Shown: piece by piece, positions 54,244 to 64,000 of the stretch
Layout of the letters: every line of letters begins with the position of its first letter
Numbering within the stretch: the first letter of the stretch is position 1
From: Glycera tridactyla
Taxonomy: Eukaryota
Direction: 5' to 3'
DNA: 64,000 nucleotides
Assembly: GCA_965644265.1 (NCBI GenBank)
Contig: OZ286462.1
Span: forward strand, 27,528,001 to 27,592,000
Made by a program: the position numbers and the translations under genes
The notes under the pieces: generated by a model
What the model was told of the DNA's origin: nothing
The model's database searches: none
Seen by the model: only the letters and a program-made list of their open reading frames with translations

Positions 54244-55567
54244 AATCTGAATGGGCTGTCTCCATGACTTACAATCACATACCCCTGACTGCAAATCAGA
54301 ACAAATGGACTTTAACCCAATACACTCCGAACATATCGCCATCATCTCCTGAATAAATGATCCATTTGAGATTCAAATGATCTTATTCTAATCCCAATAA
54401 TCCGGAATGTTTGGCTACATTTCCATACAGCCCAATATTCTTCTAAGTTACAGCCAATACATTGTAATAATGGGGCTTTTGTGTTGGCAGGTATATGGAA
54501 TGCAACTGAGAAAACCAGTTCTTATGATGTATTGGTGCCGGTATCGGTGCCAGAGCCGCCATGTAAAAGGCTTGTAGCGAGGCAATTATTGTTATTCTTC
54601 TTCATCCAAGCATCTGAGCTACACAAAAAAGCCATCGCAAAGTCAGTCCATCTTCATGCACAGTGGTGGAGATTTTCTCTGTTTGTCTCATATTTTGGGG
54701 TATAAATGTAGCCTAAAATAACGAAAATAGGAAATACTGCCTTCTGTCAACTGTGACAGACCAAAGTGATGCATTTCTCAGCCTCCATATCAGACTGTCA
54801 TCTTGGGAGTTTGCAACAGTCATGCTAAAATGATGGATGTGATTTACTGAAAATTGGTATCACTGCAAAAAAAACCTGGAAATTCCAGGCATCCCTTTCA
54901 TTTACATAGTTTTTCAAAGAGAGCTTCAATATTGGACAACACGATTAAAATGTATGTATATGATATAATTACTTGGATGATGACCTTTGATGATCTTGAA
55001 ATTCTTGAGGTAATGTTACACAAAAAATGTCAAAATGTTGGCTCAAAAAGGGTAATCATTGCACCTCTGTGACTTGGGTAATATATCTGACTCTGTTGCC
55101 TTCAAAAACACAGGAATCTGACAACAATCAGCAGATCTGGCCATCAAGGAGACACTATTCATTCATGATCTGGCTTAGAGTCACATCCCTATGAGAAGTG
55201 ATAGAATCTGAAGTTGGTGGTAGAGGGGAGGGAGTAGTAGGTAGTTGTCTACCTGGTCACTAATTGATCAGCCTAATTAAGAGGCAACCTGAGTGTGTGC
55301 AGGCCGTTAACAGGTGATTGAGCACTCATCAAGACATGAGGTAGAGGTGGGGGGGGGGGGGGGGGGGGGCTAATTAGTTTCTACTTAATGACTGCTCCAA
55401 GCTCCCAATAGGTGTCACTTTTTGCTCATATCTGCCCATCAGCTTTCGACACCTTTATACCATGTTCTCCCCCCTGTATGATTACCTCAATTGTCTCTAA
55501 TCCATTGATGCTTTATAATCCTTTTAACATCTCCTGACCTCATCAAGGTCAGCCCCTGATTGAGATT

Positions 55568-55741
55568 GAGTCAAACCTGTCTATAGAGGCAACCTTAGGT
55601 TGCATCGAAGCGGCATCTACAAGCATGTGGTCTCTATAGGGAGGTCCTTTACTGTTGAATATACTATGATCATCACAGCTCAGGGTGGTTTTTATAGGCA
55701 GTTGATCTCTATAGGGGTGGTCGCTCAAGCAGGTCTGACTG
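55568..55741. mobile_element. MITE family 1, 174 bp (orientation B)
   Basis: GAGTCAAACCTGTCTATAG...CAGGTCTGACTG|TA; core TTTACTGTTGAATATACTA and CAGCTCAGGGTGG match the 16096 copy. Confidence 0.8.
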
Positions 55742-55906
55742 TACAGCCATGTTCAGGCTTATGACTGAACCCACTCACAAGACATTGATCTATACTACTG
55801 TGCTTTAATTTCACAATTTATGTGATTTTTGTGACTCTTTCACAGAATGGGAATATGGTTTACAATCCCTTGTACTTAATTGCTTGCTCTAATCAATGGA
55901 ACAGTA

Positions 55907-55970
55907 CAGTCTGCTCGAAAGCCCACCTCTAAACAAAGACCACCAGCCTACAAAGACCACATCATAGGAT
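55907..55970. mobile_element. MITE family 1-related left-end fragment (orientation A)
   Basis: TA|CAGTC followed by AAAGACCACCAGCCTACAAAGACCAC repeats; no right end. Confidence 0.5.
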
Positions 55971-58900
55971 GACCATAGTGATACCAGAGCTTCATACATG
56001 GTATGCGATGCTGATGCTCCTAACATATATGTCCTAAAATGTACATGCATGCACACACACACACATACATGCACAACTGCGTGTATGTTCATTTGTGTAT
56101 GTGTGTGCATGCATGTGCATGGGTGTGTTTGTGCACGCATGCATACATAAATGAAGCACTAAGATAACATTGGAATTGATTTTAACTGCTATCATGAACA
56201 TGAATTCATCTTTTTTAAATGCATGACAAGTTTGAAGAATGTGGTAATGGGGCAAAATGTCAGTGGGTGATTTTGCAAGATTATATGCACAAAGAGGTTA
56301 CTGATCATGTCACACTGACCTGGTATGAAAACCATCAAATATTTGGTCAAGAGACAGGTGTGCAAATCAGCACCTGGAGTAAACAGAGAGGGCTCCCGTT
56401 AGGCTCCATTAGGTGGGACTTGGCACACTGGCCCTAACTGAACAAAACCTGCTCATAAAACATGGCCATGCATGTTTAGATATTTAAGTGTCGCTATAAA
56501 AACATGCATGAATGGCTATTTTGGGAGAGGAATATATGTGGGGTGTTGCATTAGCCCAACAACCAACACCTATGACGTGTGTCTCTTTCACGTGACCTAA
56601 GCACTATTCTCCTTATTGAGTACTTGTTTATATTGGGCATTAGTCCCGAGACAATGGTCTGTGGACAATACCAAATGGTTCGTAAATACTTGTGGGTGGA
56701 GGAGCGCCTTCTGTGTGAATGGTCAGCTACCAGGATGTGTTCATTAGAGATTCTCGATCCACTCCATTATCGCTCATTAATATACCCGGATTTGTCACCC
56801 AACCATGCCCAAAGTCACACTGTTTTACTCACGATTTTCAGATTTGGGTTGATGATAAATCACAAGCGGTGACCTTGACTCATCCAAAGATCTCTATCAC
56901 AGGTATGCGGGGGTTTCCCAGATGAATTGTGGGATTTGATTGATGATCTGTTTTTCGATGGAGTGATCAATACCGGAAATATTTCATCTACGAATGTCAT
57001 TGAAAAGCAAATTCCAGCGATTCAGTAAAGGAATGGGGTGCAAACTGAAAAGCTGAATCAGTGCACTTATTAGAATGATCTGGCATCAATGCATTGATTT
57101 AGAGGATCAGGATTTGCCGAAATGAGCTGTGTGTACCAAAAAGCCTGCCTGAGGAGAGCAGAAATCAGACTGAAGCAATGACCTCAGTGCCTATCACAGA
57201 GTAAGTGCTAGGACCATTTCCCACACTCAGTCGTGTTCAAAATGGTAGCTGAAATCTCAAAAGAGATCCCTTATGATTTTAGATCGGTGGTGTGTCAGGC
57301 CTGTCAGATAATCAATAGTGTATTCAAGCTTTTAGCTACAAAAGACTGTGGGTCTTGAGCAGAATTAGTTTTTTCAAAAATGACCAAATTGAAAGACCAT
57401 GACCAAATTTTCCGAAAATGCCTCATAATTTCATGGAAGCAAAAATTGAAGACTCAATTCCACCAGCTCATAGGTTTGAACTTTCTCGAAATATTTCTTG
57501 AATTTGGGAATTTTTTTCTAAAGCAAGCAACGCTTTGAGAACTATTGCAAGAATGCAAAAATTGGACAGCTGAGAGGGGATTTCCCTGAGTGAGTGGGGG
57601 GGGGGGGGGGCTGCCAACTCCAATCATTGACCAACCATCCATTAGTAATGGCAAGGTCCGTCAACCTGCGTTACAATCCTGATGCCTATCTAAATGAGAT
57701 CAACCCACCTGGTGCCGATTGCTCACCCAAATACAGCAAGATGAGAGATGCTTGTCACTATTTTCCGCTCTTACAGCAACCTCACACTCACATCCATCCC
57801 AACAATATTGTCAACTAAAATTAATGTCGGTGCAATTACATAATAATTACAATGGGGGAAAAATTGTGGGATTGGATAATGAAAACATTAAATTCGACGA
57901 AGTGCGATATTTGTATGCGGTTGAGAGAGTATCTGGCGTTGAGTAGGGTAGAAGTCAACATGGGGAAGGTGGCGCCAGAGTTGCCACATGGATGGCTTTG
58001 ATTAGAACATAACAGGGTTGATCAGATTGGAGGCGGGAGGCTAACCACTACAGTAGGTTCACTCTAAGAAGACCTACACCTCCACTGGATCCCAATGGCG
58101 ACTGGTCATCTTAGAGTGAACAAACTACACCCAATAGTACTGCAGGCTTTCGGTGCTCAACACCCACTCACAAAACCTATATCCTCCTACAACACCTTGA
58201 GATGAAATCCACTTGAGAATAAACAGCGAAATAAACATGATGCCATTGTTGATGTTGGATATCAATCACCTGTTGACTTGCTGGATGGACTGGATTGAGG
58301 AGATTTCACACCAAATTGCAATTGGCTTCTACCTGGGTTTGCAAAACGGATCAACCCAAAAAGCTTCTTCACGTAGAACAAGCTCTTTCTGTGAGCTTCC
58401 AAGTTGGCAATTATTTAAACGATAATGCAGACAAATAACTCCCATGGTTATGCTATCAAATTTACAAATGTTCAAAAAACTGTGAATGGAGATTCAACAG
58501 AAGCCTGAATTTCATTCACATCATGGTAACTCAGAATGCATTTTGATGAACTGCCTCAGATACTAAACTCTATGGATTTACAACCCAACTTCGAAGAAGT
58601 TGTGATGGGAAACACCATGATGATTGGCCAATTTTATTGCAAATCAGCATGCTCAAATCTCTTCTCCATTCAACATACATTAGTTAAGAGAACAGCTGTC
58701 TAGTACATGTACGACCATTCTTGCCAGCATTAGGGAAGTCTCTCATGGATTTTTTTACCGGGGAAATCGAAATATTGACAGGAGTGTGTCAGCTAATGAG
58801 GCCCTAGTGATTAAGCCTCTTCCTGGCAGGTATGTTAAATCAGGGAGTGGATTCACCCTCTAATCCCCCTCATTAACCCTCAATCACCCGCATTCCATCA

Positions 58901-59303
58901 TCAACCAGATTATCAAAGCAGCCAATACAAAACCAGTGTCTAGCATCTAAAAAGACCAGTGAGTAAAAAGAGCTGTATTCAACTTCTGAAATATCTAATC
59001 CTATAATTGTAAAGCATGGATTTTCAACAAATGAGTACTCAAGGACAAATGTTTCTCGGCGATCCAACAAAAATGAATTGCTTGAAAATGATATCTGAGC
59101 TGAAAAAAGAGAATTGGGAATGAGTAGACAAGTCTAGTAGAGGACAGAGTTTATACATATTCATTCATCTAAATATTTATTCATTCATTACATTAATTAT
59201 CCATTTACTCACATCTTGCTTAGATTAGTTTCAAATGCAAATGAATGCAGTTAGATCAGACAAGAGATCCTCATGTCCTGAATAACAAATTGGTGACTTC
59301 AGG

Positions 59304-60482
59304 ATGTAATGATATGAGATTTGGGGGACAAATCACACAAAACAGCCAAGAAAACCAAAAATTTACAATCTGATTTTGATTATACATGCATGATCGCGAT
59401 ACAATCAAACCAATCTGTATTCCTCCACAAAACTCCCTCGGGAAAGGTGTGAATTTACCAACAAAATATGCCCCTTCACTTCATCAGAGCAATTGACGAA
59501 AATGGAAATTGACTATGAGCAAGAAAGGGTTAGCCTCAATCAGGCTGATGTTGTAGACAATGTTCTTTTTATGGTTGTCTTTTGGGATCAATTGAATAGC
59601 AATTAATCTGCCTGCACTGGTAGCTTGTCAGCTAACACCTTATTCAAATCACACCTAGCCGGTCTGTCTCAATATTTTTCATCAAGTTAACTTGCGTAGA
59701 ATTTGTCCCGCAGAATTCGGTGTGATTTTCAGCAATATTACCAACTATATCAACATATTATTGGTGAGTAATAATCTAATCAGTACAATTGGAAATGAGA
59801 TATTCTTGCTGAAAATGATTGACACGGTTGCATCCCGATGTGGCCCTCTATCTGGAAAACCTGGAGAGACGGACAGCCCCCCCCCCCCCCCCCCCAATGT
59901 AATGATATGAGATTTGGGGGACAAATCACACAAAACAGCCAAGAAAACCAAAAATTTACAATCTGATTTTGATTATACATGCATGATCGCGATACGATCA
60001 AACCAATCTGTATTCCTCCACAAAACTCCCTCGGGAAAGGTGTGAATTTACCAACAAAATATGCCCCTTCACTTCATCAGAGCAATTGACGAAAATGGAA
60101 ATTGACTATGAGCAAGAAAGGGTTAGCCTCAATCAGGCTGATGTTGTAGACAATGTTCTTTTTATGGTTGTCTTTTGGGATCAATTGAATAGCAATTAAT
60201 CTGCCTGCACTGGTAGCTTGTCAGCTAACACCTTATTCAAATCACACCTAGCCAGTCTGTCTCAATATTTTTCATCAAGTTAACTTGCGTAGAATTTGTC
60301 CCGCAGAATTCGGTGTGATTTTCAGCAATATTACCAACTATATCAACATATTATTGGTGAGTAATAATCTAATCAGTACAATTGGAAATGAGATATTCTT
60401 GCTGAAAATGATTGACACGGTTGCATCCCGATGTGGCCCTCTATCTGGAAAACCTGGAGAGACGGACAGCCCCCCCCCCCCC
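59304..60482. repeat. Near-identical 593-bp tandem duplication ending at an assembly gap
   Basis: 59304-59896 repeats at 59897-60482. I saw only two substitutions (59403 A/59996 G; 59661 G/60254 A). Both copies end in a poly-C run. Confidence 0.95.
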
Positions 60483-60686
60483 NNNNNNNNNNNNNNNNNN
60501 NNNNNNNNNNNNNNNNNNNNNNNNNNNNNNNNNNNNNNNNNNNNNNNNNNNNNNNNNNNNNNNNNNNNNNNNNNNNNNNNNNNNNNNNNNNNNNNNNNNN
60601 NNNNNNNNNNNNNNNNNNNNNNNNNNNNNNNNNNNNNNNNNNNNNNNNNNNNNNNNNNNNNNNNNNNNNNNNNNNNNNNNNNNNNN
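60483..60686. other. Assembly gap (204 N)
   Basis: N run beginning inside a poly-C tract. Confidence 1.
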
Positions 60687-61975
60687 ATTTGCTCAGTATG
60701 CGTGGATCATTAGCATATGGTAAATATTACTATGTTACATGATTAGTTACTAATGACAGAACAAACGCCAGCCCTCCACACCTGCCAGGTGATACACTGC
60801 TGATACACTGGCCTTCTGTACCCCTGCCACCTGACCACCAACCCTGGTGTATGATCCTATATAAATAGGAAGAAAGCCCCCAGCTGCTGACCCCTTGTTA
60901 GCTATAATCTCATATGACTTGACAACCAGTTCCTACCAACTGATGCCAATACACTGAAACGTAATTTCCTGAAACTGCACCAGATTTCCTAACCCCCCTT
61001 CCCCCATAAACTTCAGAAGGCACTAGATTGGCCTCTTTCAATCAAATTCCAGGAACTTTCGGTTCTCGAAATTCGGGGCAAATTTCCTGTATTCAGCACC
61101 AACAACCACTGCTCCAAAGTTGAATTCAGTTCATTATCAGCATGGACCCCAATGTATTTCTGTAAAATGCAAGGGTGTCAAAAAGTAACGAGAACACAAT
61201 GAGAGTGAGTTATCTCATGATGTATCCAATATATGCAAGAAAGAAATTTTGAAGACGAATATCCAGAAAAGTAATTGAATCCCAGACCAGAACACTTGCA
61301 GCCATATATAATGTGCTCAGATGGCACACACAATTCAACATACATTAATAAGATAATATGGAGTGTACACACATGAAAATGTTAAATGGCACATGAAAAC
61401 TACATATATGTGCCCAAGAGACCCATATATATTTTCTCCAGTTGGGAAATACCTGAATTTGTACTCCAATCCGTGTTCAAGTTATCAGGTGTTCATTATA
61501 TAGATCTAAACTGTGTCATTAGATGGCCTGTGAAAATTCATTTACAGACAGATGGTGGATGGAACATACAATGAATATTAAATGGGAGGAATGTTGAACT
61601 AACCTGGTATGTGAGTGGGTAGACAAGCACTGGACACACTGGGCAGGGGGTTTCTGAGTCAACCCCTATTTGGATGGCACTGGGGTCATGTCAGTTAATG
61701 TTTACAGTACTGATTGAAATTCAACAGTTGATCTTCCATATTAGGAACGCTGCCTCATTAGGTTTATTTTCATTTGGGAGTGCTGTTAACAATTCGATTC
61801 TATTCAAAGATGAAGGTCAACTGGTCATACTATGTGCAGGTCAGGGGTAAATACCTCATAGGAAACGAAGTTGCTTCCTTAAAATGTTTGGCCTCAATAC
61901 GGCTTTATTCAGAAAGTGGGCCCACTCTCTGCACAGAATTTCATGATTGTGCCCCCCATAGTACAATATTATTTA

Positions 61976-62035
61976 CAGTCCTACCTGGTCTAACGACTAC
62001 CTCTATACAGTGCATCACTGTCTATAGCGACCACT
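61976..62035. mobile_element. MITE family 1-related left-end fragment (orientation A)
   Basis: TA|CAGTCCTACCTGGTCTAACGACTACCTCTATAC...TCTATAGCGACCAC; no right end seen. Confidence 0.45.
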
Positions 62036-63456
62036 ATCGGCAATAATCATTGTATTTTCTCTTTATTACAAATGTACAATTAAATTGAAAACTTTAGTTT
62101 ATTAGAAGACTTCTCTCCTGGCTGGAGGTAAATGGAGGCCAAGAACTCTTCAATATGAGGGAACATGTTGATGAACCATGGAGTCATCTTGGTAACCAGA
62201 GATGGTGCATATTGAAAGCATTTTTTTCAGTGGCATAAAGGATGATCAAAAATGTCTCAAGAGGGCAGTTTACTCATCTACACAGTTCACAGAGGCAAGG
62301 CTGTACATGCCAGATAAATTGCTTCTGGACATTCACTTAATTCAACTTGTGCAAATGGGTATGCTATATTCCTTGAATAAACAGAGAAAGATCAATAAAC
62401 CACACGGATATGCCCCAGTGAATGTACAAAATGAATAGGAGAGAGCAATTACTTTTAGAAACCAAGTCCATCCGGGTGACAAGTTTGTGAGGGAAGTTGC
62501 TCGCAAATGGCCATTCAATCATGGTCTCCTATCCTTCCTCATATATATAGCAGTAAATAACTGCCAAATAACATCTCACACACTGTCAATGGAGAGGTGA
62601 ACATGCCCAGAGGCTAGCTGTTCTCCGCCTTGGTTACCTCACAACAGATGACCTTGACCTTGTACAGTGGTCAGACATTGGAAGCCCAATCACTAAAGTT
62701 GAGGTGTACAGCGAATTCAGAATTAAAGACAAAAATTCCAGTTTTGGTAATTCTCCAAGAGTTGCAAAAGCCAACACCCATTTCTGGCACAACGACATGT
62801 AGTGAAATGGCACTGAAGATTCCACCACCAGCTGCCTCTCAAGCAGAACCAACTTTCTCCAACAATGCTGGTGAATAAACATAGCATCTGCCATGATGAG
62901 GCCAGTTTCTTCCCAATTCTCCACTGATGAAAAAAACGGAGCTAATATTTGTAAGAATCTACCTTATCTATCATGTCATCATCACCAGCAGATAAATTTC
63001 CCAGAAAATGTACTTTTTCGGTAACAATGTGGGCTCTGAGTGAATTTTTCTCCATATGTGGACCATTTCACTCATCTATGATCAATATGCCAGGGTACTT
63101 TCAATGCTGATTCATTGGCTCTTGGTTCTGAACTATCCTCTGAAATCATCTACATGAAAATTGCTCATAAAAAGCTGCTCGCCTTTGTGACATTTTTTTC
63201 TGGAACAACACAAGATTGGTTGCATCTCCCTGAGAGGCATACATTATCTGATGTAGAAGTTTGATGTGGGTTGAAGCCTGGGGCATGTAACATCTTGAAA
63301 AAGCCTTTTTCAGATTCTGCTGGAGGCCATACCCATAAGGCAGTAGGTAATCAATAAATATTTCAAGGATGTTGACAGTTCATTGCATACATGCATAGAT
63401 GAATCATATACATCTTAAGTGGGTGAAAATTCTCATCCGAGTTGCTTTCCAATAAG

Positions 63457-63636
63457 CAGTGACAACAGAAAGATGAAGCAATAGATGAAGCAATGTTTTC
63501 GGAAAAATTATCTTCAGGAAATACCCACACAAAAGCATCTATTCAAAACTCCCATTCTGATTGCAGCAAATTCTCATTTTGAATTTTGCACCCAATTTTC
63601 ATTATACTGAAACTTTTGGGAAAATTGGCACCACTC
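63457..63636. mobile_element. MITE family 2, 180 bp, flanks AATAAG/AATCAC
   Basis: CAGTGAC...core AAAAGCATCTATTCAAAACTCCCA...GGAAAATTGGCACCACTC; same length as the 45400 copy. Confidence 0.65.
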
Positions 63637-64000
63637 AATCACACAAATATTTGGATATACGAATGGGATTAGTTCATTCAGTGTATTCTGTCGAAGTATA
63701 TCGACGTAGTTGGAGGCCATTTTAGTGTACAAAACAGAATCATGGTCGAAGGAAATTTGACACCAGCAGCTATGAATGCTTTTCAGATCTCAATTATTGT
63801 CTTGCTATCAATTTATTGTCTGGGTAGGCTCATAAGCATCAACTATCCGACACATGAGTCAATATCAGGAGAGGGTAATGCTTGCCTCCCAGGCAGAACC
63901 GATGCAACATATTGTGTTTGCCTCTGTAACAGATGCTCGTTGAATGAGAATTCATTATAATCTTCATTATTTTTTTTTGGTATGACATTTGCAACCTGGC

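Noticed and set aside
54661-54865. Possible sixth, reversed copy of MITE family 2
   Set aside because: Ends are similar (CAGTGGT...ATCACTG) but the interior is not colinear with the other copies and there is no TSD.
56043-56116. 15-bp inverted repeat ACATGCATGCACACA
   Set aside because: Explained by adjacent CA and TG low-complexity tracts.
57962-57976. AGGTGGCGCC partial CTCF-like motif (also 37165-37180 and 39680-39695)
   Set aside because: The 5' CCASY half is missing; such partial matches are expected by chance.
58857-59099. Strong minus acceptor (TTCTCTTTTTTCAG) with a GTGAAT donor as a 5'-UTR exon
   Set aside because: Splice-like signals alone, with a mediocre donor and no independent support.
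59692-60742. Duplicated MRRICPAEF... ORFs
   Set aside because: Non-ATG starts, inside the 593-bp duplication, extended by poly-C and N; no homology recognised.
60858-60867. TATATAAATA TATA-like box with nearby CACCTG/CAGGTG E-boxes
   Set aside because: Common motifs in AT-rich DNA; no linked exon or initiator evidence.

Overview
Eukaryotic (animal) genomic DNA, AT-rich and CpG-poor, with two assembly gaps (14166-14331, 60483-60686). The only protein-coding sequence I can support is one very large minus-strand exon (52855-50107) of a 7-cadherin-repeat protocadherin (delta-type). It encodes the signal peptide, EC1-EC7, the transmembrane helix and about 63 cytoplasmic residues. It has a clean 3' splice acceptor upstream and a phase-0 GT donor downstream, so more exons exist. 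I could not identify the downstream tail exons, so most of 1-50106 is probably a very long intron or intergenic DNA. The protein is too divergent for a vertebrate PCDH, so a non-vertebrate bilaterian (possibly spiralian) source is inferred, not shown. The non-coding DNA holds at least four short non-autonomous DNA-transposon (MITE) families, microsatellites, small tandem duplications, many poly-G/C runs and scattered CpG-rich islets. Most interesting observations: (1) a consensus-matching CTCF core (CGCCACTAGATGGCAGG), the only one I found, 1.4 kb upstream of the exon and in the sense orientation, echoing vertebrate clustered-Pcdh promoter logic; (2) three uORFs, including a TAATG stop-start overlap, in the 109-nt leader; (3) a CAGTG...CACTG MITE family with apparent 6-bp target-site duplications; (4) degenerate calcium ligands at the EC5-EC6 junction; (5) inverted MITEs flanking the exon, with a back-splice that would give a short alternative C-terminus. 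I found no rRNA, tRNA, CRISPR array or intact transposase. All other six-frame ORFs look spurious. All motif searches were by eye.
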